Positions 39,901-51,327 of a stretch of DNA of 64,000 nt are shown one piece after another (positions within the stretch are counted from its first letter, which is position 1; the number at the start of each line of letters is the position of its first letter). The DNA is taken from assembly GCA_965112735.1 (NCBI GenBank), contig OZ218953.1, positions 1,302,001-1,366,000 of the forward strand. The letters are read 5' to 3'. Both the position numbers and the translations under genes were made by a program. The notes beneath the pieces are model-generated. The model saw only the letters and a list, made by a program, of their open reading frames with translations. It did not search any database and was not told the DNA's origin. Origin of the DNA: Phaeosaccion multiseriatum. Taxonomy: Eukaryota > Protista > Ochrophyta, other classes.

Positions 39901-40826
39901 GGCAAGGGTTTGTTAACCCAGTTGGGACTCGCATGCCCGGAAAGAAGAGGTTCTTTTTCATTGTTGTTGTCTCTCTTTTTCATTTCTTCACTCTCTCACT
40001 CCCTCCCCCCCCCCGTCCCCCTCCCCCAGCGCTGTGTATCGGAGAGAAGGCTCCTGTCCGGAGGGCAGGCAGCTGCGAAGCGGCGCAGCTACAACTTCTC
40101 TTGGACACGCTCTTTCTCAGGCAGTTTCTGCCTGCATTAGATGCAGAGGCAGATTCGGGAGGAGGCGCCGGAGCAGATTCAGGGGGGGAGAGTGGCGGGT
40201 GTGGGGGTCAAGGAGGAGCCTCGTTTGAGGAAATGTACTCCGTCGTCAGCGACCTCATCGACCCCATCAACCTTCAGCTGCTATCAGGGCGGCTGCAGGC
40301 TGCCAGTCACAATTGCTGGAGGAGCAGCTCCTTACTACTCGCGCCTCTCTTCAACACCACCACCAGCAGCAGCAGCAGCAGCAGTATCGGTAGTAGCGGC
40401 AGCAGCGGCAGCAGCAGTGGCAGCAAGGCCAAGAACGAGGGCACAGGCGGCGGCGAGGTTTCCGGCTCGTCGTCCAACCTCATCGCCATTGCCCCTCGGG
40501 TGCCTCGTTTCGAACTTCTCCCTGTGCCTCTCCACTTGATGACTGCGAATGGAGCCGGGGGAGGAGGAGGAGGAGGAGGAGGAGGAGGAGGGGGGGGCAG
40601 AGGAGAGGCCAGCGGCGGCGGCAGAGGGCCGGGAGCAGGGGCAGGAGGAGGTGCCAAGGGAACCCGGGGCGGGGAAGCGGGACAGAAGGGGGGTGCTGCG
40701 GGTGCGGGCGTGGGGCAACAGCAGCAAGGGCAAGGGGTGGGGTTGGCGGGATTGATGGAGCGGACAGGACTGTTCGAGGGGGATCGAGCACCGCTGCCCA
40801 ACATCTTCGGCTTCCTCAAACGGTGA
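33961..40826 (+). CDS. COG1: Conserved oligomeric Golgi complex subunit 1 with an internal EF-hand; 7 exons
   Basis: Vps51/COG1 N-terminal motif KQTELQTMVGSRYHEIIESADSILSM and APSAIWAALD..FLEAARL. C-terminal motifs QLQLLLDTLFL, LIDPINL, NLIAIAPRVPRFELLP. Exons ~33961-34254, 34477-35532, 35821-36330, 37823-38570, 38724-39088, 39328-39781, 40031-40826. Confidence 0.88.
36331..37620 (+). repeat. Compound satellite: (GAGT)n interspersed with ~11 copies of a ~35-bp unit
   Basis: Unit gagtgggtggggtggacgggtgcttgtgggtcagt, starting at the donor of COG1 intron 3. Confidence 0.93.
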
Positions 40827-41160
40827 CGAGGCAAGGAGAAACCATATATACTCCATTTTCTTTCTTTTTTTGAACCAATGTACTAGGCGAGTGATAAGGC
40901 TAGAAGAGCGGTATCGATCTGCGCCTTACGGTCCAGTATACACCATCCTTGTCTAAAGCCCAAAGCTATTTGCGCCCCGGAGGGTGAAGGGAGGGAGAAG
41001 AGCGAAAGCAAAAAGCAAAGCAAAAATATCGTTGCTTTCCAACACACAACACGAACACACAAAACACACAAAACACAAAACACAACACAACTCACAGGTG
41101 CGTCAGTTGGTGATTCGACCCTCGCTACTAATCCTTCCACTCAATCCTTTCTCTTTCTTC

Positions 41161-42254
41161 ATGTCGTTCTCTAGGTTGTGCTCCCGCCGCATATGCGTAG
41201 GATTCAGGGGCAGCGGTAGCACCAGCATCAGCAGCGGCGGTAGCAGCAGCAGGAGACTCCCAGCGTCATGGGTAGGAAGTCACCAGGTGTGCGGGGCGGG
41301 GGTGAGGAGAGGTCTTAGTTCAGCAGCCAAGGAGGGAGCAACAAAGAGCAAGATGCCTCCTCCCCACCCAAAGAGCACCCTGTGGAGTAAATTCTGGACG
41401 TGGACGACCCAGGTGCGTTAGCCCTCTCAGGGGAAGTGGGGCCGGGAGGGCTTCGGGTAAAGAAAATCGGGAGAGGAGAGGGAACGGGCAGGACAGTGAG
41501 CGGAAGGGGATTCAGCCTGGCCCGAGATAGGTGCAGTGCAAAGGTGTGGTAGCATGCCATGGTCCTCCGCCGCGCGCGAAATGGCGCACACTCACCTTCT
41601 CTTCCGTATAACGAAACAGGAGCGGCCTGACCTTGAGCGGTGGTCGGCGCTTTGGTGGAGAGAACAGACGCTGCTCTGCACTGTGTTTGCCATCACAGGC
41701 AGCAGTTCTCTCGTAGTGGTGAGTCGAAGTGGTAGCTGCTCGGAGGGGGGCGAGGAGAAGGGGGGGTTGCTGAGGGCAGGGGGCACGTGAGCGCTTTGGA
41801 TGCCGATTTGGAACAGACAGAAACCTGAACTGGTTGTGCAAGGAGATAGTGGACATGCACACACACACACATACACACACACAAATCTCGAATTGATTGG
41901 ATCTCTTTGGCACGCTCTTTCATTGTCTTCTTGTCTCCTCTGTCTATCCCCAATGGCGCCATGGTGTGCTGGATACGGATACGAAGGTGCGGCCAGTGCT
42001 GAAAAAGGTGCTTGGCCTCGAGGGGAGCTTCAAGGAGGGCCCCTGGTCCTACCGCATAATCTCACTGGTAAGTGCTCACACACACACAAACACACACACA
42101 CACACATGCACACACACACACACACCCCAGGACGAATTGGGTTGTACTACGAAGTACTACTCTCATATCGATTGTGCGCACAGAATGATCGTAATTGATT
42201 TGACGACGCCCTCCCTCCTCATTAGTTAACCTTCTCCCCTTCTCCTCGTCGTCC

Positions 42255-42286
<32 letters not shown>

Positions 42287-42898
42287 TTCCTCCTCCTCCT
42301 CCTCCTCCTCCTCCTCCTCCTCCTCCTCCTCCTCCTCCTCCTCCTCCTCCTCCTCCCCCTCCTCCTCCTCCTCTTCCTCCTCCTCCTCCTCCTCCTCCTC
42401 CTCCTCCTCCTCCTCCTCCTCCTTCTCCTCCCTCCTCCTCCTCCACCCTTCCCCGCCTCCTCCTCCTCCTCCTCCTCCCATCCTCTTGGCTCTACCCACG
42501 CAGGTCCTCTGCAGCCCGGCCTACACGGCCCTCCTGCTCACCTTCGGGACCCTCGCGGGACGGCACAACAAGTTCGCAGGTGCGTGCGTGCGTGCGTGCG
42601 TTGCGTTTGTCTTCTCTTTCCAGAGAGAGGTGTTGTGCCATTGTTGGCTTTTGCAAGTTGGATGTGTAAGGTATTCGCATCCAGTTCGTGAGTGCTCAGT
42701 GCTTGTGTTGCAGTTGTAATCAATCACCCCCCCCCCCGGTTCCGTCTGTCTGTATGTCTGTCAGGTATGGCTCGGCAGATGTGGGGCCGTTTCTTACCGC
42801 GGAGTATGGCGAAGGACTTGGGCTGCGCTCCCGCCAAAATGAAGCAAAGTGTCAAGCAAAGTGTCCAGCAGCAGCAGGGCAGCAAGAAAGCTCCGTAA
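41161..42898 (+). CDS. Small membrane protein, DUF6787-like, with a possible mitochondrial presequence; 5 exons
   Basis: Spliced product: ...WSKFWTWTTQ|ERPDLERWSALWWREQTLLCTVFAITGSSSLVV|VRPVLKKVLGLEGSFKEGPWSYRIISL|VLCSPAYTALLLTFGTLAGRHNKFA|GMARQMWGRFLP. The N-terminus is R/S-rich. Family assigned from the recalled VFAITGS / P.Y..LL..FG motifs. Confidence 0.7.
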
Positions 42899-43510
42899 GC
42901 GGGCTTCTTGCACCTCGCCCCTCAGCGTTGGAAGGTTGGAAGGGGTGGACTCAACTTCAGCCGCCCAACTCTCTTTCAGCGCTGAGAGGAAGAGAGAGGG
43001 AGGGGAGAGAGAGAGAGAGGGAGAGAGAGAGAGAGAGAGAGAGATTAGCTGGCTGGCTTGCCTCCGTCAGCCATCGACGAAGGCGATACCATCGGGAGGC
43101 CCTTGTTGTTGCTGTTGCTGCGTTTGTTGACAGGTCTGTGTGCACAGAAGGAGACGGATCCAATTCAGCCACAATGGGGGCGATTGCCTACTACACAATC
43201 ATTCCGTGGTGTGACCGGAGCTGGATGGGTGGGCAGGTTCAAGGCCTCAACACGCCTGACGGAGACAGGACTGTTGTTCGAGCGTGAGTGCCACCCCTGG
43301 AGGATAGCGAGAGGCAGATGCGTGCGCCCCACCCCATAGCAGCAGCAGCGAAGCCGCGTCGCTGCCGACCCATTCGGTGGCGCCCTTGCCTCTTATGGGG
43401 CTTAGTCTCCTTCCCCCGCCCCCTCACGCTGCGCTTTGGGCTTGGCCGTTGTGCTCGGAACCGTCATCTCTCTCTCTCTTTTTACTACGAAGTACTTTGT
43501 AATAGTGTAA

Positions 43511-45614
43511 TCATTTTTGAATGCTTGGGGCGTGTACAGTGCGAAGTGAACTCTTTGAACCTCTCGAAGGAAGGACGTTCGCTGCAACGCCGCCACCAAC
43601 ACCAGCAGCAGCGCCAGCGGTAGCAGCAGCGCCAGCGGTAGCAGCAGCAGCAGCAGCAGCAGCAGTGCTCGATTGCTTGCTGCTCTTGGAGTTGTTGCAG
43701 GTCTCCTCCCGCATCCGACAAGCTTCGCACCAGTAACCCCCACCCTGCCGTCCGTGAGCAGCATCCTTCAGTCCCGCGGGTGGCTGCCTTTCTCCTTTCT
43801 GCCGTCGCCTCGCCTCTTCTCCGTCTCCAGCCTCCTTGTCCTCCTCCCCTCTCTTCTCCCCTTCCCCCTCCTCCTTCTCCTGCTGGCTCTGATGACTCAA
43901 CGCCAAGCACACATCGCACACCAAAAGCAACATTCGGCACCTCTGGCATCGGATCCGTGCGGCATAGTTATCCCAGGCCCCGCCGCACCCCACACACACG
44001 CCCACCACTACTCGACTGCGCCTTCTACTTTCGCCGTCGTGGTGGCAGACTCCTCCACAGCTTCCGCCTTCGCCTTCCCTTGCTCTACAGTCTTTCACGC
44101 CATCGCTTTGACCCCTACAACCAGCAGCAGCACTTGCAGCAGCAGCGACATCACAACCACCGCCCACTGCGACGCGCTCACTACCGCACAGCACAGCAAC
44201 GGATTAGTATAGGATAGATAAGACAGCATAGGATAGCACCAACAAAGCAAAGCAACGGATTAGTATAGGATAGATAAGACAGCATAGGATAGCACCAACA
44301 AAGCAAAGCAACGGATTAGTATAGGATAGATAAGACAGCATAGGATAGCACCAACAAAGCAAAGCAACGCAAAGCAATGCAACGCAAAGCGGGGGCACTT
44401 CTTTCGTTAGGTCGGTCGTATGGCAGGGTCAGCAGGTGGAGACGAGTGGGAAGAGGCGAGAGGTGGGCTGGTTCAGAAAGCTCTGTCGTGTCCCATTCAG
44501 GCAAAAGCGCTTCATCCACTTCCTTTCACCACCGCACAGCTCCTCGCCTTCATCCTGTGCAACTCAGCAAGTCGCCCGCCCCACCCATGCACTTCCTCAC
44601 TGACATACCCCACCACTGACGACTCATCACTCACTCCCTCACTCACTGACTCACTCACCAACTCACTCCCTCATTCACCCTCTCAGTCAGTCAGTCACTC
44701 CCTTCGTCCCTCACTGACATACACTATCACTGACTCCCTGACTCACACACTCACTCACTCACTCACACACGGCCTCAATCGTGCAAGCACACTCACTCGA
44801 AGACGAAGTTCTTCCCAGCGAAGAGGCCCTGTGATGGGAAGGCCTGCAGATAGCGCTCGATGCCACCGCTGAGCTGAAATACTTGAGAGAAGTCGCTGCC
44901 CTTGGACTTGATGTAGGCTGACGCCCTCTCGCACCTGACCTGTGGCGATATGAGCAGGCAGAGAGGTGAGCACATGGGCAGGCACACAGGCAGGCAGACA
45001 GGCAGGCAGACAGGCAGACAGGCAGGCAGACAGGCAGGCAGACAGGCAGGGTCACACTCTTTGGCTTGCTCTGTCTTGTCTTCTCCGCAAAATGAGAGAA
45101 GCCAAGTGGGTAGTCCGGGCTGGCATTTCTCGCCCAACACTGCGCCTGCTCGCTTGCTCAGTCACTCACCCCGCCTGTGCAGTACCTGAGACACCGAGCA
45201 GAGAAGCATGGGAGTGAGAGAGAGAGAGACAGATACAGAGACAGAGACAGGGACAGAGACAAAAGGAGGGGAGTGGGGGAGAGAGAGAGACAGAGACAGA
45301 AGGAGGGGAGTGGAGAGAGAGAGAGCAGTCATGGTTAGAGCGACGGCATACACATGAGTACGGTAGGTAGCAGAGCAGTGTTCTTGGAGCTTCTTGTTCC
45401 TCCGCGGAGCGAGGGTAGGATCACCGCGATGCTAGAGGGGATGAGAGGGGTAGCAGGGGCAGGTGCAGGTATACTCACATGAGTATTTTCTTGTCTCTGA
45501 GGACGGAGAGGTTGTTGTCTATCCAGGCGGGAAGGTCGCTGAACTGCCGAGTCCCTGGCTGGAGAACGGGGGCTTCCGGGGCAACAAAGTGTCCACTGCA
45601 GGAGTAATACAAGT

Positions 45615-45661
<47 letters not shown>

Positions 45662-46579
45662 CAGAGCAGGCAGGGAGGGTAAAACGTGGGAGAAAGGAAA
45701 GGAGTGACGCGGGAGGGGGACGAAGAGCGATGAAGACGAGGAAAAAGAAGAATCACCACCTTGTAAGCTCTCGCCCCCCCCCCCCACAACAGAGTGTAGA
45801 CGATAGCGCACACGGACACTGCATTCCCGCCCATCGGCTCTTCACCTCTCCCCGTTTTAATCTTACATGCGGCTTTCGTAGCTATTCCTTGCGTCGATGA
45901 CCACGGTATCCTGCTCCCCAGCTGCCTCCAAAGCCTGGTGGAAGCGCTGGGGACTCATGTGTTCTCCAGGGGGTGCATCTTGCTCAAGCCTCTTTCCCCT
46001 CTCCCCGAGACTCACTACCTCCTTCACGACCTTGACAGATAGAGAGAGAAAGCCGGACTCCCGTTTCGCAGCCTCGTTCAGAGGGCCCGAGGATAAGGAT
46101 AGTTTAAAGTCGATGGGAGGGCAGTGACAACGGCACTCGCAGCTCCCGGCAGATGATGATGATGATGCACTGATTGAGGAATGTGCGGACCCTCCAGTTC
46201 CAGCCGTCTTCTCATCCAGATCCGCTCCTCCCCTATCGCAGCAGCCCTTATTCTTACACCGGCCTCTCTCCCCCAAGATGGGATGGTGTCTACAAGCCTC
46301 AATGTGATCCTCCAGAGCAGCGAGAGGGCCACCGATGGTGGCGTTCACTCCGTCCAAGGCGACCCTTCCAGAGAGGAGGCAGAGGGTAAAATAACAACCG
46401 AGCACATGAGACACCGCCTCACATCGAAGGGTGTAAAATTTATGCTTTTTCTTTGCCTACCTGACTCTGCCGACCACTTCTGGCCCCAGTGTCGATTCAT
46501 ACCACAGCTTTACACTCTCTTGCTCATTTCCGATAGGAATGTATCGATAATAGAGGAGAATCGCCTGCTCCTCCCCCAT
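43511..46579 (-). CDS. Rhodanese-domain protein of the TSTD2/TrhO (UPF0176) family; 6 exons
   Basis: Motifs ILLYYRY, GRVRVALDGVNATIGG, VVIDARNSYESR, KILMYCTGGVRCERASAY, QLSGGIERYL, FAGKNFVFDERV, and a C-terminal Cys cluster (CVGC..RCQRCRMLLLVCDVC..CEAC). Confidence 0.92.
44196..44363 (+). repeat. 56-bp tandem repeat, 3 identical copies, intronic
   Basis: Unit gcaacggattagtataggatagataagacagcataggatagcaccaacaaagcaaa at 44196, 44252 and 44308, abutting the last acceptor of the rhodanese gene. Confidence 0.95.
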
Positions 46580-46883
46580 GCATGTATGTCTGAACCTCTA
46601 AGAAAGGAGAAGAGAATAAGCCGGGTAGCTTTCAAGCAAGGACAGAGGAGAGGGGGGAGAATAAAGAAGCTGAAAGAGCCAGAAAGAGAGAGAGAGAGTG
46701 CGTGTGTTATACATTCATCAATTGTCATTTGGAAGCAATCCCTTTCGATTTTGATCCGCCTTTTCCATCCTCCTTTTCCCTCCTCCTTCCCTCTTCCATC
46801 ATATCTGGTATCTTCATACGTTGTCCTTTCCGTGTATAGACAAGGCCTAGGTACTGTCTCCCTTTGGCGAGCAGGCCTAGAAG

Positions 46884-49800
46884 ATGCCCTCCCCCTTTCT
46901 CAAGTCTGTGCCAAAGGGCAAGGAGACACGTGCCAAAGAGTCGGAAAAGAGAAAGTTCAGGGAGCGCGTGAAGCAGCTGTGCCCCACCCTGAGCGATGAG
47001 CAGGCCGAATTGATCATTCCCTCGGCCAAGGTCAGTCGAAGAAAAAGGGGGCTTGCGCTTCCCCATGGGCTTTATACCCCTTCCCCGCCCTTTCTTCTCT
47101 CTCCCTCCCTCTCCTTCTCTTTCTTCCTCCCCACCCCACCCCCTCTTTCTCTCTATGCACACTCCTCACTTTGCTCTCTCGTTCTTTCGTCTCTCCAGTC
47201 CGAAGAGCTTCGCCTCTGCAAGTTGGGCAAGCACGACGCGCTCTATCGAGTGGGGCAGGAGGGGCAGCCCATGTTTATAGAGATGGACGGGGAGGGCGTT
47301 CACGAAGGGAAGCCGCAGCTCATCCCCAGCTGCTACAGCCTGCACATTGCTCCCCAGCTGCTCCGGGTGGTCACAGTGTACCCAGGGTAAGTCCCGCAGT
47401 GCCACACCACTACGTGTATGGCTTCCCTCCGTCGTTGCCTGTGTGCCTGTCGGACTATCAAAACGCCTATTGCCTACCTTGATTTCCGCCTTTCCGACCC
47501 CCCCCCCCCACCACCCCCTTCTCACCCTTTCTCACCCCTCCGCTGACCTGACCTTTCTCCGCTGCCCTGCCGCCCCGCCGCGTGTCTCCGCACACCCCAC
47601 AGAGTGGACAAGCGAGTATGCCAAGGCGCTGACCTCTTCCTCCCTGGAGTGGTACGACCCGACGATATGGAGACGGAGGCTCTCCAGCTCGGTGTGGAGT
47701 GGCCGAGCCTGGTCTTTGGAGAGGTGAGAAGGGAAAGTACGGTCAATTCGGGTAGTATAAGAGGAATGCTTCCTCTGGGGAGCGTGGAGAGAGCGTACGG
47801 GGAGGAGGAGGAGGAGGAGGAGGAAGAGGAGGAAGAAGAGGAGGAAGAGGGAGAGGGAAAGGAGGAGGAGGAGGAGGAGGAGAGGAGGAGGAGGAGGAGA
47901 GGAGGAGGAGGAGGAGGAGGAGGAGGAGGAGGAGGAGGAGGAAGAGGAAGAGGAGGGGAGAAGGGGAGGGGCATCGGAAGAATGCTGGCGTGAGATGCAC
48001 AGACGACTAACGCATTTGATGGGGCCATTGTTTAGTTCGACTCCACACATGTATGTGTATGTATGGGGGGGCTGCGGAAGTGTCTTCTTGAGCCGCTCTC
48101 CCTCCCCAACCCCTCCCCCTCTCCCTGCCCTCTTCCTCTCCACTTCCTCGCCCTCCCTCCCCTCACCCTACTCCCTCCCTCCTCTCCTCCCCTCTCCCCT
48201 CCCCCCCCCCCCCCAAACCCAAAATCCCAAACCCTCCCAAACAAACCAAACCCAAAACAGCCGTTTCAGAAAGGAGACTTGTGCTGTCTGGTGACGCAGG
48301 GCGGCTGGGCCCCCTTTGCGGTGGGGTACTTTGCCCTGCCCTCCTCCGACCTCCCCACTAGCGGCATGCAGGGCACTGGAGTCATGGTCATTCACCACTT
48401 GTTTGACGCCCTGTGGGACAGTGGGACCGGCCTCATGCCGTCCCTGGAGCCCCCGGCCTCGGCAGTGGAGGCCGTGGAGGCGTACGCCATCGCTCAGGAG
48501 GAGAACATGGAGAGGGCAAGAGTGCAAGAAGGTGCGTGAGTGTGTGTGTGTGCGTGTGTGGAGTGTGTATTTATGTGTGTGTGTGTACGTGCGTGTGGTG
48601 AATGTGAGTGGAGAAATAAGTTCCTTTTACCTGCCTGCCTCCCTCCCTCCCTCCACGCCTTGTGTTATTCTCCTCTTTCGCCACGAGGTTTGACCCTATG
48701 TCTTGCTTTCTTTGCTCTGATGAGTCCCCACCTCACCTCCATTTGGCGGTACTGTCTGTCTCTCTCCCCACCCGCTTTCTGTGCTTTGCTCTTTGCTGTC
48801 CTCCCCCCTCCCCCTTACTTTAGCACTCCGAGCGGAGAAGCAAGCGAGGCTCGACCGCGCAAACAGGCTGACGGAGTTGGTGCAGAGAAAGAGAAAGGTT
48901 GAGAAAGTGCTAAGGCAAATCACAGAAATGAAGGCTGCCTCTGCTGTCTCAGGGAAGGTCTTCGACGTAGACCAGCAGGCAAAGGTGGACAAGGAGGGCG
49001 AACTGATGGAGGAGATGAAGAGCATGGAGGAGGAGACGTTGAAACTGTCAATGCTGGAGCAGCAGCAGCAGCAGCAAGCGGGACCCGAAGGGGCGGGAGC
49101 AAGAGTGGAAGTAGGAGGAGGTGGAGACGCGGGGGTGCGAGTAGGAAGAGAGGAGAGTGGAGCGGACGATTGGGAGGATTTAGCGGCTGACCAAACACAA
49201 GAGTCTACATCTTCTTCGCGCTCACGTTCAGACTCCCCGGCCCTGAGGGTGGAGGCTGTTCAGCTTCACGACGCGGATGCAGTGGGGGCGGTGCTGGTGA
49301 GCAAGATGGAAGCTCGTTCGGTGGAGGGAGGGGAGAGAGAGGCCTCACCCGGATCCACAGCTGCTGATGCTGCTGCGGCTGCTGTTGGTGCTGATACCGC
49401 TGGGGGCGCAAGTGGTGGTGCCGGTTATGAAAAGGATGAGGACCGGGGAGAGGTGGAAGGCTGTGATGACAAAGAGGAGCAAGAAGAACAAGGAGTGGAG
49501 GGTGAGGAGGAAGCGAAGGGGGAAGAGGAAGGACAAAACGAAGAAGAACAAGAAGAAGACGCCGGAGAGAGCACAGAGGAGCGCCAAGCCCGGCTCGATG
49601 AAACGTTCATGCACGCCGCTTTCACTGTCCTGCTCGAGGAGGCGCTACCTTGCCTGTCCAATGTGGTGTTTGGCAAGGCGTCCAAGAGGGCGGGGGGGGT
49701 GGGCATTAAGGACACTCGGTGGAAGAAGGCCTCCAACTTCTTGGAGGATTTCCAAGAGCAAGGGGCTATTGTCACAAGGTAAGAGAGAGAGGGGGGGGGG

Positions 49801-50705
49801 GGCGGGGAGAGAGAGGGAGCGAGGGAGGGAGGGAGGGAGGGAGGGAGGGGGGAAGGGAGAGAGAGAAAGGGAGGGAGGGAGGGAGGGAGGGAGGGAGGGA
49901 GGGAGGGAGGGAGGGAGGGAAGGGGGAAGGGAGGGAGAGAGGGAGGGAGGGAGGGAGGGAGGGAGGGAGAGATGGAGAGAGAGAGAAGAGAAGTGGAATT
50001 GGAACCTCTCTGACTCTGCTGCTCCTTCTTCCTTTACTGCTACTGCTCTTGCTTTGCGCTCTGCTCCCTCCGGCCCCTTGTGGTCTGGACTGGACTCGAC
50101 GGGTCTTCACGGCGGATCGCGAAACAGGGAGGTGAAGGTCGGCGTGGTGGAAGTGTCTTCCTTTCACCGAGACGCGGTGCCGCCTTTTCAGCTCGTGACT
50201 GAGCCCCCCGAGGGAGGGGCCGGACAAGCGCAAGGCCTTCTCTATGCAAGGGGAAAGAGCAAGGCATTGGTCAAGAAGAAGGGGGGCGTGGTGCAAGTGT
50301 CCATGAGGAAGGTCAGGGGCAAGAACGTTACGTTTATTGACGGACTGGAGAGCTGGGGCTTGTCAAAGGACGACATGCAGGTATGGAAGTGTGAACGAGA
50401 GGGTTCAGGAAGAGAAAGGGGGGATCGAAGCCTACCACGTGTGCCCAAGTACCCCCTCACGCCCCCTCGTCTTTTCTTACGTACTTGTCGTCTTTTCTTA
50501 CGTACTTGCCGGCTCTGACTAACGTAGTATGCATAGATTGTATTGAAAAATCCCCGCCGCCCCCCCCATGCGGCTTTCTGTGTTTGGCCAATTGGCGGAG
50601 TGGCGAGTGGCCGTGACGGACAAGTCAATCCCTGTCTGTCTGCCCATCTCTCTCCTCACTCGTGCTCGCTCGCTCCCTCGCCGCCCTTGCCCCCTCTTGC
50701 CTTGG

Positions 50706-50760
<55 letters not shown>

Positions 50761-51068
50761 GTCTGATTGGCCCTGACGGACTCTGACTGTCTCTGACTTG
50801 TGACTCTGACTGTGACTCATTGATGGACGACCGATGCGAGTAGGACGTGGCCAAGGACTTCCGCAAGCGCTTCAGCGCGAGTGCCTCCGTGAGCGAGAGA
50901 GGAGGCACACAGGGCGGTCGCAGCGATGTGCGAGGCAAGCTGTGGAGTCTGCAGGTGCAGGGCAAGTATGCGGAGCAAGTAGGGGCGGCGCTGAGGGAGA
51001 AGGGGGTGACCAAGGTGGACGTCAGCACCAAGGGACTCAATAAGGCAGACCGGGCCGCCAATGTATGA
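46884..51068 (+). CDS. EIF2D: Eukaryotic translation initiation factor 2D (ligatin): pre-PUA/PUA, winged helix, SUI1
   Basis: Pre-PUA/PUA motifs KESEKRKFRE, GADLFLPGV, PFQKGDLC..APFAVG, GTGVMVIHHLFDALW. Winged-helix motif IKDTRWKKASNFL. SUI1 motifs KNVTFIDGLE, AKDFRKRFSASASV, LQVQG. Confidence 0.9.
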
Positions 51069-51327
51069 TGTGAGGGATCGATGGAGGAGGAGAGGAGAAG
51101 GGGGCGTGCTACCGGTGCCGAGGTAGAGAGAAGACGTGGACATATTACGTATATTATGTATATAACATTAGCTCCTATAAACCGTTCAGCGCTGAATCGG
51201 CAGCCTCTGCTAAGGCCGTCCTCTCATCATCTGTGAACATCTCTTCACGATGTGCATCCTTACCGATGGTTTCAGGCATGTGCAATCCGGGGATGAATAA
51301 ATACAAGAAGTCGGCCACTTCAAAGTA

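Noticed and set aside
43174-43287. Short ORF MGAIAYYTIIPWCDRSW... between convergent genes
   Set aside because: Only 37 codons, no recognisable family, and no supported downstream exon.
42145-43496. Repeated 14-mer TACTACGAAGTACT (42145 and 43483)
   Set aside because: Only two copies with no consistent context, so insufficient support.
49382-49396. CTGTTGGTGCTGATA resembling a nanopore primer, raising an adapter origin for the GTTGGTGATACA motif
   Set aside because: The match is partial and in frame within an intact exon. The dispersed motif differs from the primer, preserves frames and is strand-biased. A raw-read check is still advisable.
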